In this document: piece by piece, positions 52,714 through 64,000 of the stretch
Layout of the letters: the number at the start of each line of letters is the position of its first letter
Numbering within the stretch: the stretch's first letter is position 1
NCBI GenBank assembly: GCA_036172245.1
Contig: JAYWIR010000008.1
Span: 4,092,001 to 4,156,000, forward strand
Reading direction: 5' to 3'
Source of the DNA: Raillietiella orientalis
Taxonomy: Eukaryota
DNA length: 64,000 bases
Notes under the pieces: generated by a model
Databases searched by the model: none
Seen by the model: the letters and a program-made list of their open reading frames with translations, nothing else
Told to the model about the DNA's origin: nothing
Made by a program: the position numbers and the translations under genes

Positions 52714-55400
52714 ATGGACTTTCTTCTGATATATCAAAAGATGAAATTCAAAATCCAGGAGATACTTAAAGTCAAAACAGAGAGGAAAGGCGGAAAGAAA
52801 CTAAGGATTGACCCAAACAACAGATCATCAATCCAAAGGCTTTATAACGTCAATAGAAGAAGAGCAGTTAGAGCGATTTTAGGCCAGCAGAACGCAACCT
52901 GTAAGTTAGAAGTTGAGAAAGCTGAAAGGCATTTTCAAAATGAGCTTGAAATGAAACAGGAAGCTGATAAAGGGCTTCCCAAGAAGATACTGCCGGGAAG
53001 AACCCAAGCAGCATCCCCCGTAGACCTATCTCCATTCACCCAAGAGGACGTAGCCGCGACACTGCGCAGTGCGGAGAACTCATCCCCCGGAGAAGATGGA
53101 ATCACGTACTCCGGGTGGAAGAGCATTGATCCAGAAGCCGAAATGCTCACAATAATTTTCAACATTTCAAAAAGGTTTCGTCGGATTCCAGAAAAGTGGA
53201 AGTGTACCAGAACGGGACTCATAGCACAAAAACCAGCAGCGGCAGATGACATCTCCAGCTGGAGGACAATATCCATTGGCAACGGTGCCTACAGGCTGTA
53301 TGCCAAATGCTTGGCCTCCCGACTCAGAAGATGGATTCTGGAGGATGAAGTTATCGGCACTCAACAGAAGGGCTTCCTGCCTTTTAATGGAGTGCTTGAA
53401 CAAAACTTCATCCTACAAACAAGACTAGATGCTGCACGTCGTTTTTCGAAGGACTTCTGCGCGGTATTTATCGACTTCGTGAATGCCTTCGGGACAGTCT
53501 CCCATGACGATATCATGGGAACACTGAAAGAAGCAAGGGCTGTGGAAGAAATAATAAATATCGTTCAAGAGATATACGCAGGAAGTTCCACCTTCGTTCA
53601 ACTGGAAAACACAGAAACTAGGACCTTCTCCGTGCGGCGTGAAGCAGGGATGTCCTTTAAGCTCACTCCTTTTTATCATATCGATTGAGCCGATTCTGTT
53701 CTCGATGAGGCAAAACTACGGGGATGAGGCAACATCAGCCTATGCCGACGACATCGTCATACTGGGGAAGGAAGAAAAGAAAGTCAAGGAAATGATGGCT
53801 CATTTCCAGAAATAAGTCGACCAAACCGGCCTATCCATCAACCCGGCAAAATGTGCGTCGATATGCTACAGAGGCCGAACCCCCCAAAGCATAAGGGACG
53901 TGGACATCCGAGTTAAGGAAAGGAAAATCCCTTGTATTGCCTTATCACAGGCATACAAATACTTGGGAAAACCCTTCGGTATGGTCTTCAACATACAACC
54001 AACTAAGGAAGACATCTGCCAGAAAGCGAGTGCCATACTTGAGAGTGAACTCTCAGGATGGCAGAAAATGGACGCAATGAAAACCTTCTTCTATCCCAGC
54101 CTAGTTCACTACGAGAGGCTGGGAACTCACCGGAAGGAGGAATGGAAGCATGTCGACGAGCAAGTAAGGAAGCAGTTAAAGGCCCTTCACCTACCATCCT
54201 GGGAAGCAAACTAGTATCTATACGGAGAGAGAACGAAAGCCTGCCTAGGACTAATGAAGCTAGCTCAAGAGTCCGATACCTTCATCGTGGACAGCTGCTT
54301 CAAACTGCTCACGTCGGCAGACAAAACAGTAAGTAAACTTGCAAAAATAACCCTGGATGAAATCTTCCAAACACGGATCCAAGAAGCCCCGACAGATGAT
54401 AATCTCGGGGAATTCATGACAGGCAAGATCACAAAGCCCGGATGGGATATTGAGAGCCTCTGGTCAAAAGGAAGGAAGGCCTCTAGAAGAATGAAAGCTG
54501 GCTGGGAGTTTCGGCAAGGAAAACTCAGCATCACGATGGATGGAATACTCTTCACCAGCAGTGCAAGAAGACGGATTGCCTCCGGCGTAAGAGCATTGAA
54601 CACAAATGAGCAGCGAGAACACAAATGGCAATCCCTCATTGAAAAACACGTTAGTCAAGGGAAGGCCAGGCAGTGTGTGGAAGGTCATGCATCACCCTTC
54701 AAGCTTCTTCCATACAAACGGAATCCACCTAAGATACCAAGACTACAGGTTCACCCATGCGGCAAGACTAAACCTTCTTCCACTAAACGCTGGACCAACG
54801 AAGAAGGTTCATGAAAGGATATGTCGGCGTCGCGGAACCGAGGACGAGACTTTATCACACGTGCTCAACAGATGTAAAAAGCACTCGCCTCTGACGATGC
54901 AGCGTCATGATGCTATCCTGGAAATTATCAAGGCCGCAATCGATGAAGCCAAGTGGACTCTGGTATCAAGCAATCGCAGAGTGCTAGAAACCACCTCCAC
55001 CCTAAAGCCAGACCTGGTTTTAGAAAAAAACGATCGAATAGGTGTGCTGGACATTTCCTGCCCATTTGAAAACGGAAAGGAGGCGTTCACCAGATCTAGG
55101 AAAATAAAGGAGGCCAGATTCCATGATGCCGCCATGCAAGTCGGAAATACTGGGAAAATAACCAAAGTGCAGGCGATCATTGTCGGCTCCCTTGGAGCAT
55201 GGGATCCTGAAAACGACAACGTTCTGCAATACCTAGGAATTCCGAAGAAGAGGCTGATCAGGCTACGACAGCGGATGGTAGCCACCTGTATCCGCTTTTC
55301 AAGTAGCATCTCTGCACCACATGTAAGAAGGAAAAATGCAGCCCAAACAGATGACCTCGACAATGCTCTCACCCCGGAAGAGAACACTGAGGAACCGTGA
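52714..55400 (+). mobile_element. 5'-truncated NeSL/Utopia-like non-LTR retrotransposon (RT, Zn knuckle, REL endonuclease), pseudogenised
   Basis: LYNVNRRRAVR, SSPGEDGITY, WRTISI..YRLY, QKGFLP, IDFVNAFGTVSH, (frameshift near 53640) KQGCPLS, AYADD at 53738-53752, GLSINPAKC, YKYLG, LSGWQK, ARLNLLPLN, CRRRG..ETLSHVLNRC, RHDAI, KPDLV, LDISCPFEN, IIVGSLGAW. In-frame stops at about 53813 and 54212, and a frameshift near 54685. Confidence 0.93.
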
Positions 55401-55499
55401 AGAACACGGAGGAAACATCATTCGCGAAAGATTCTCCAGAGCCATTCCAGCAACAGTTGTTGTACTTTGACCAATGACGCAAACACGAGATGTTTATTG

Positions 55500-56260
55500 A
55501 ATGCTGAATTCGAAGTTCTGTTCACATGAGTAACCTAGACTTTTAATGGATTTCCTCGGAGTCGTGCGTGCTGAAGAATGTATTCTTCCTATTAATGAGC
55601 TCCGCTTCAAAACTCGGAGACGAGGGCTTCTCCACCACCTCCATCTATATGAAAATTTCAATAGAATTATTTGATTCATGAACTTTTTCAATTTAGATAG
55701 CATTGAGAACATTTTATGATCAGCAAAGACTCGATAGGAGGGTGACGTGGAAGTTTCTCCCTGTCCTCCGTCCAGTCTTCCTAGCAATTTGGAAACGTCG
55801 CTCCTCATCGCAGCTGCTGTGGAAATAAGCTAACCATCAGTCAGTTAGCGACTTTTCTATTAGAATCCCCTGTATAAAAGAACTATTTAGCCACGAACAG
55901 TCATCTGCACAGATCGTTAGGATATCAAGCTTCCTTTGGATATAGCTTTAAAAAAGCACTGCAAGATTCAGTAAGCTGCTCAGCTTTTCCGAGAAAACAT
56001 CCAAAACTCAGCTGTTTAAAAGTTCCTCTCTCAGTCGTAAATCCCTTGCCCGTGGATCCCAAGGCGAAAAAGCAGCTCGGGAGAATCCCTGGAAATACAA
56101 TGACGGGATTTCTGTCGTTTTTTTTCATTAACAAGAAAGTAACGAATTCGTTATTATGACGAGAAAGATGAATATTCGAAGACATCATTTGCTTTGAACG
56201 AGACATTCCTTTAGCATCCGCTTGACATAAGGCAAAGAACGTTAGACACAGTTTAGAAAT
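55500..56260 (-). mobile_element. Possible decayed LINE reverse transcriptase fragment
   Basis: VFADHKMF (compare LFADDxK), FSYRWR and SIKSLG (compare xKYLG). Weak. Confidence 0.3.
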
Positions 56261-56724
56261 CATCAGTGAGGTAATTCCCTTTGTGCCACTTATTACTCCG
56301 AACAGAATTACTTAATTGACGAAGTTGAAGCTTTTTTCAGCTCCGCGACTAACTGCGTAGTTCCACATGCTATTCTTCCTTGCAATCCATGGAACCACGT
56401 GAGCTTCAAATTTTTCATCAAACTGTTTACCCGTTGTCATGGGTATCCCCCCAAACGGTATTCTGTAGGTTTCCATCCATTCCTTCCGTCCACAGGGACT
56501 CCTGAAGTGGACTGCCCCCCCCCCTTCTTTCCTGCATTCCACGCGAGGGGGTGCTCTGAGCGAAGTCGTCTGTTTTTTTTCCACCCCCAGCATGGTGGGT
56601 TACGTGCCATGGACGATGTGAATGTTTTGCACGGAAAAAAGAAGCAGTTTCAACATGAATTTGATTTAGCCCTGTAACAGTGTTGGTGAACTTTGCTTCA
56701 CCAATGTTACTTGCTTTCACATAA

Positions 56725-59700
56725 ATGTTTTCTTTTCGATTGGAATATTTTGTTCTGAACTTATTCTGCGTTTTACTCGAGAGTTACTGTGATTTAATCA
56801 TATTGGATACAATTAGTAATCAGACAATGGAAGTGTTCAGCGACTATCCTGCAAATTTTGGGCCAGGTATTAGTTCACGAGGACTCCTGGTAATTAGTGT
56901 CAATTTAATTAACAAAAGAAAATTCATCTAACATTACCTCTACTAATATGCGTTGTAGCTGTTGAGAGAATGTATTTTCTAATTACTAAATTGGCTAGTC
57001 TTTAAGCTGTTAAACAGAACACCGAAAGTAACCAATGCCCTTTATATAGTATTGTAAGATGGAAAATGAAGAGCATGAACCGTGAAATAGCTTTTGCAGC
57101 ACAACGTTTTGCCGTGGTTGCTTTATTTATGTTTTATGCTTTTAAAAAACTCAAGTATTTGCTGTACTTTTACATCATTTCTATTATTAGTCTGCATCTC
57201 ACGAATTTATTTTTTAAAGAGTCCAGGTTTTTGGTGAAGTATTGTGATGCCCTTATTGTGCCCAGATGTGATACATATCATCAAAAGTTGATTCATTTTT
57301 GATTTTTTTCATACAGTTGATTAGTGCTTCACGAATATTTGTGATACCAGGTTGAGTAAGTAAGTGGATAATTAGAATTTAGATTAGCTGATTGTATGTG
57401 TTAGTACGTGTCTTCTACCACTGGCAGGATATCATTAACAGCAGTGCTTTGGCCTAAAACACATAGAAGCTATCAAACATTATAGTTGCTTACAAATTCC
57501 ATGACTTTGTTCACATGATGTTATAACAATATGTGGATATGTCATCTATAGTTCAATGTATAGTGTTCCATTGCATGAAGATATTCATAAATCATTATGC
57601 ATGATTTACATATTTCCACATTATGTAACAAACAGTAAGTTATTTCAACTTACTAAAAACTAAGGTATCTGGAATTGTGTCTTGTCCATGAATTCTGCCT
57701 GTTATTGGTTTACTTAAAATTACTGTTTTAATCTAAGGAATAGTAATCTTGTTCTACACGAGGAATAAGGATGTATATGAGTTTAAAGTAGTGAGGTTAG
57801 GGCTAGTGTAATTAAATAATTAGGAACAAGCTACTGTAGAAGGTTTTTATAAGTTTTTAGTCTAGTTATAAAAAAACATAGAGAAAAAACGTAGAACACA
57901 GCTGTTTTCTGTACACTTTTATATGTGCTATGTCACTACTTCAAAGTAATCCCAGTTTTTAGCATGCAAAACTTGTGTAGTTATCTCTGCATGTCTCATG
58001 AATCTTTTGCATTTTTGGTTTGAGATTATGTCAAGCTATCGTGAAATAAAATAATGGCTCTGTATTCCGTGAATTATATTTTAAAATACATGACTAGCAA
58101 TAGTGTTGAATGCTTTTAAAAATTACCTTTATTGAAGAATTTAAAACTCGATAATAAATGTCATATGCAATAATGATTTCATCACACAGGAAAAAAAAAG
58201 AAAAAGCACCTTTGAGTTAAACAGGAGACCATTGATAAAATGCACATTCATTTTTCAAATTAGTCTGTTTTGCCTATGGTTGCACTTTTGAGTGTCTAAT
58301 GATTTTTGGTCATAACTTGTTGCTAATGATTACTGCTAAATTGGATGTCCAGTTTGAATGTACAGAATTTAGAATGGAATAGTGAATCAATCCTTTGCTT
58401 GCTTAGTAAGAGTAATCTCCTGGTGGGTGCTTTATTTCATATTTGGAGAATTAATGCCACAGTCTTGTCCGCTGATTTTGTACAGAGTGTTGTAAATCCT
58501 CATATGTAAATGATTATGTTTGTCTGTTGACATAAAGTAGCTCATTTTTTGATTTAGTTCTTTAAAGCGTGAACAAAATGAGTAAACTTATGCACTTCAC
58601 ATTTCACAGATGAAACCTTCAATCTCAGGGAATCTCAGATGTTAAGAAATGCAATGTGCGTACTCCTGATCTGCATCATGAAAATGCGAAATGAAAATTT
58701 TATGAGGATTTAATTTTTGTATGTCGTCTGGTTCCAAAAGCAAATGCCTAGCTGAATTTTTCAATATCACCACTATAATCAGATCTGAATAAGTTCATTA
58801 TTGTCTACTTCAAATTGACACTGTCTCTAGATTAGTTTCCATTATTCCAAGAAAAGAAAAACACTAGTTATTTAATTGAAAGTTAACATTTGATGGTGCA
58901 GGTACCATGAAGGCAGAATTAATGCATGTTTTGTAAGTTGATTATTCAGATAGCACAATGATTCTGTGAATAATGATGAAATATTTTTACAAGCACTGTC
59001 TTTGCATAAATGCAGTTCGAGTTTTCATGTCCAAAACTAAAATTCATTGCCATAATTCGCTGCATAAAAGGTTATTATTCCAGTACTTGTTTCTGAGATT
59101 ATTCATTTAGAACCATGACATCATTCTAAGACCTTGAAACTTTCACTTCATTCAAATGCTGACCTTAGATGTAGAGATGTTTTTTTGAACTGTCATTCAA
59201 GGCAAATACATTCAATTGATAGGTTGGCTTTTATTCTCAAGTAATGTCTCATTTCAAAAGTCTATTTTTTCGGAGTCACAGAGCCAGTTACTTTTATTTA
59301 AAAACATTCCATTGAATTTCCAGTGAATATAAATATTTCTTGAATTGCCTGCATTTGCTATGTATGCCATTTTTTGAATTTTTTTAATTTATAAAAAAAA
59401 AATGCTTTTAGAATGTCATTCTCATAGATAAAGTGAAAACTATGGGAAAAAAGTATCCAAATGAATAAGGTGAATTACCATCAATGGTGAGGCAAAAAAA
59501 TTGTAGCCAACACTTCTACTTATTTGTGTATTTCTTTACAGTGTAAAATTCTCTAAATGTTAGTATAAGGCATACTAGTTGGCTGCTTGGTATATGATTT
59601 TTTTGCATATTGAGACAGAACAAATCTTTCCCAGCTTTTGAGAAAACACAAGAATTCATTCAAATTTGTTTCAGTTCTTTGTAAGAATTTTACCTTGGTG

Positions 59701-60378
59701 TCAACATTTTGCAACAAACACACAGTTTCTAAAATACCATGGCTTATTGTTTTTAGATATTGTGTGGTAGTGTTTTTAAAAAGAATAAGATTAAGGGAAT
59801 TGTTTGCTCATAAAGCTCGAAACTCCAAAACCTTTGTGGTTCAGACTACAGGATTTGTTTTCATTTCATGATTTTTGTAATAGCTTTAACAAGCATTAAT
59901 GAAAAGTAATTCAAAATATTTAGAATGTGTCATTTCAACCGACTGTTTTTAAGAATTTGTGCACATTACATGCGGTAAATAGTTCAATGCTAATTGGGTC
60001 AATTAAAATACTAAAATAAGAAAATACCCCTATTAGTAGGGTGCTTTGCATAATGTCTAAGCACATATTTAAGTTTAAGAATTTGTGATAATGCATGTTG
60101 TAGTTATTCTCAGTTAGTTGATATCTTGTGATTACTTTATGTATTGATTACAGTGTAATGATGTCTCTTTATATAGGGTTATATAGTGGCTGCTACCCCT
60201 ATTGATGGTTGCACAGCAATTGAGCCACCTCCCTTTCTTAATTCTACAAGCAATATAACACGAAACTGGTTTGTGCTTATTAAACGATATGATTGCAAGT
60301 ATGCTGAGAAGGTTCTCAATGCCCAGAATGCTGGTTTTGATGCAGCAATCATTTACAATTGGAATTCAAATGCTTTAG
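56725..60378 (+). CDS. RNF13: PA-TM-RING E3 ligase, RNF13/RNF167/godzilla-like; first two exons only (56725-56889, 60177-60378)
   Basis: Signal peptide, then FSDYPANFGP..GLL/GYIVAATPIDGCTAIEPPP..FVLIKRYDCKYAEKVLNAQNAGFDAAIIYN (PA domain). Phase-compatible GT-AG intron of 3.3 kb. No further exon recognised in the window. Confidence 0.9.
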
Positions 60379-63300
60379 GTACTTTTTGTATTCTGTAACT
60401 ATTGGGGTACCAGTAGCCTTATTTATTTCTACAATCAATTCAAAATTGATCGACTAATTTCGATCAGTTAAAAACCAAATATTTCATTCTATGTTTAGAA
60501 CCATTTTTCGAGATGCTTTATGTCAAGTTGAAAACAATGTATAAACTTAAAGAAAGTATGCATTCTTATTAAGTATTCTTGCACTATTCGATTCAAACTT
60601 ATTTGTTTTATACTAACATTGTTCCATATTAAAAATGTTAGTTTTTTATGTTTATTTTAAAATTCATGTGTGTGCAGACTTCTCTAAATCAATTCTATGG
60701 TGGTACACATTGAATTATAGAAAATAAGGGTTCGTGGTTTATCATTCAATGGGTGATAATTATTTTCTCATTAAAAATTTAGTAGATTATTTATTCTTGT
60801 CACTGTAGTCACATAATGATTTAATGGTTTTGTTTTTCAAGTTATGATGTGAAGGAAAGTACTCTTCAGCTGTTTGATTTGTATCAAGCTGTTTTATGAT
60901 ATTAAGATTTGTGTTATGATTGTTTTTGTACCAGTTTTCAATACATATGCTCAAGAATAGAATGCACATCAATTTTTTGAAAACATTTTTAGGCACATAT
61001 TTTTCTTTTTATAAGATGAGAAAACTAATCTGAATTGTGCTTGATAATGCTGGTCATAATTATTAATGACATGACATGGCATGATGACAGGTCTCTATGT
61101 CATATTTTAAACATGCGATGATTTTAGTATTTTATACATGGTTTTCGTTCATTTCCACATTAATTAACTATATGCATTGTATCAATAAGCCCCCAGTTCT
61201 TGGTCAATTCCTTGGTTAAATCAGAAACAATTTTTCCTATGAATTTAATGTTAGTGCTTTCTGAGAGTTAGCAGTGTGCAAATTAGTGAATTTTGAATGC
61301 TATGATTGGCTAAGCATTTATTTTGTTTCTACATTCTGAATTTTAGTAAGAAGGAAAATTGTGTTAAAAGTTATATAGAAATCTTTAGAGCCCTATGGCA
61401 TTATTTTGGCTGCAAATAATGCAACAAACTGTTTCTCTTAGCAAACATATGAAGTAAATGCATGCATATCTGTCACAAACTTACGGAATGAACAACAAAA
61501 GTATATGTTTTTTATGACTTTCAGCAAAAGTAAAGACTAATTAATGCCTTGATTTCAAGTGAAGCATGTTTTAATATACACTGAAGTACTAACTTTACTC
61601 CTACACATTACAATGAATGCAGTTATATGTATATGTAAGTTTGAAATATCACTGTTATGACGTTTGGATGTTTCCGCCGAAGTATTTTTTCTATTGTTTT
61701 TGTGGTGCATATAATTAGTGTGTGTTTTTTTTAGCAGATAATGTCTTTCAAGTTAATTGTATGCAGGATTTTTGTAACACCATCATATCTCAAAAGTGGT
61801 TATCTCAAAGAAAAATTGCTTACCAGCTTTAGTCAAATATCCCAAGCAGATCGAGGAATTAGGTTTCAAAAATATCTATAATGCATTTCTTTTTTATTCA
61901 GCTTTTTTTTGGTTCATAAGCAAATAAATATTAGACCCAGAAGCAAGCAAAGAATTTAAAAATGGTGTGATTCAAAGGATTTTTGTTGCTTAAGATGAAT
62001 GGAACAGACTGCAAATGAATGCCTAAATCTCTGAAGCAACAATTATTAAATGATGGCATATGAAGGGTGTACCAAGAACTTAGATAATTACATAATTCTT
62101 TTGTAATTAGGAGCAAGTATTATTTTGTTTATTTGACTTTGAATGTTAATTTTACTTCTTTTAAGTATTCAAAGAACGTAAGCACATCCATTTAGGCATG
62201 CATACCAAAATTGCATACTTTTTATCAGATAGAAAAGAAGCAAATAGATATTGGTTGGGAAGGTATTTTTTTATAATAGGAATTCCTACTGACTTTCTGT
62301 CATGAACTGTTTCTGATTCAAATGCCATCCATGTAATAGTCACTTCATAATATTGAATTCTGTATAGAGTTCAGTTGATTGAGAATTCATTTTTTAAATG
62401 AATTCTTAATCCTCAGAAATGAATGTCAAGTTGAGCTCTCCAATTGGCTTTCCAAAATATCACCAAACTGAATAGTTCTAGACTGCCTTCATCTTTAATT
62501 ACTTTCATGAAGTATTAAAACACTTGGCCTAGGCATATGGAATTATGTTGAGTGTTGCAGGAGCTGAAAGGCAGTACTCTAGAAGAGGGTAATGTGTTTA
62601 TTCAGTGAACATGTAATTCAAATCTTTTATGAATAAAACAAATATACAGATTAAAACAGTGCCTTAATTTGTTCAAAATAAGTTTTTGGGGTAGAATATT
62701 TATAATAGTTACTAAAGAAAATCCTACTTTGAGTTGATGAAATTATTTTTTATTTTTTTCTTGTTTAAATGTTGTTATACTTTGACTAAAGCAGGCAGTT
62801 TGCATCAATGGTCTGCAAAGACTTCTTATATCAGTATATCCTGAGAACTCATTCTTGATTGGATGTGTGTAAGCTCTACAAGTTTGCAAAGTAAAATATT
62901 TCGTCATTGTCGCATTAAGTAGTTAAAGTGTGCTCTTTTTCTGTTTGATTTTCATGCTAGGGAATCTGCATCGATTTCTAAGTGATGTTTGATGGTAATA
63001 ATTAATGGAATTTTTGCAATTATTTATTTTAATATAATTACTTTTATCTTTGCTATTATTTGTATTAGTGAGAATTGTTAATGTTACCAATGTAGGTTTT
63101 GTTAAGAATTCAAAATAGGAAAAAAATGCCACTTTCAGCAAACAGTATGCACAATAGAAACTGCAATATTCAATGAACACATAAAAACTAAAGTTGTATC
63201 AATGAGTATTGTGTTTTCATGAAATGTTAATTTGGGAAATGGTAAGCATTTGTAAGAATTTTGTCTCTGCAATTGTGTGAAAATGTTTAACATGTGTGTT

Positions 63301-64000
63301 AGGTGATGATGATTGAAGAAAATAGGGTAAAAATTTCAATTTAGATCTCAGATTTCCTGCAAAAACAAAAAAAGCTTGCAAAGACAAATAGTTGAATTAT
63401 TAATTATGCACCTATCTACCTTTATCTCTAAAAGGAAAACATCAAGGAATTGAAAAAAGGAAAATATAAGTAATGTTAGAAACTAAACTGAACCGAAATT
63501 TTGAGTTAAGAGTCATGATAGATTGTAGATTTGTTTCTTTAAGTTCGATTTTCAATTTTTTATTTGTAAATAAATTTGTTGATTTCACACATATTTTGGA
63601 AACTTTAATTAGATATCCATATGCATTTTTTTTTATTTTTTTCTATTGTAGGCATTCGTAAGTAAGCTCTGTGGATTACTGTGAAAGCATCTATAATAAA
63701 TTATTACCATCTTGCGTATTTCTAAGTATTAATAATATAATATTTTTTTGATAATTTGATTCATACTGCATTGATTATGTGCTTTTCACACCAGTCACTA
63801 TAATCAGTATTAATGCAGGTAATATACCTATATTACCTGTATGAATACTGTTCAAATATGTGATTAAATTCAAGTTTTTCAGAACCCATGTCCTGTGAAG
63901 GACCTTGTGACTTGAAAATACCATCTGTTTTTGTGAGATATAGGGATGGATATCTTTTAACAAAGAAATACCAGTATAATGAGAATGATCCACGGTAATT

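Overview
Animal (protostome, probably arthropod-like) nuclear DNA with a compact gene architecture. Most introns are canonical GT-AG mini-introns of about 37-66 nt, and genes are packed into tight clusters. Genes I can recognise, left to right: ROR-family receptor tyrosine kinase with a degenerate catalytic loop (+), RNF19-type RBR E3 ligase (-), HMGA-like AT-hook protein (-), TBL1/ebi (-), POP4/Rpp29 (+), NSRP1/CCDC55 (+), PHPT1/janus (-), COG6 (-), ADTRP/AIG1 (-) and the first two exons of an RNF13/godzilla-like PA-RING ligase (+). Intergenic space holds decayed transposons: a pogo/POGK-like transposase, gypsy RT and integrase fragments, and several REL-type non-LTR pieces, including a 2.7-kb 5'-truncated NeSL/Utopia-like element. 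Main leads: a probable independently evolved ROR pseudokinase; an operon-like POP4-NSRP1 / COG6-PHPT1 block; two convergent gene pairs whose stop codons are only about 50 nt apart; an A30 tract fused to the POP4 start codon; and an unexplained GC-rich island at 23.2-27.05 kb that contains a candidate structured RNA. Exon boundaries were read by eye and family calls rest on motifs I recognise; no searches were run.
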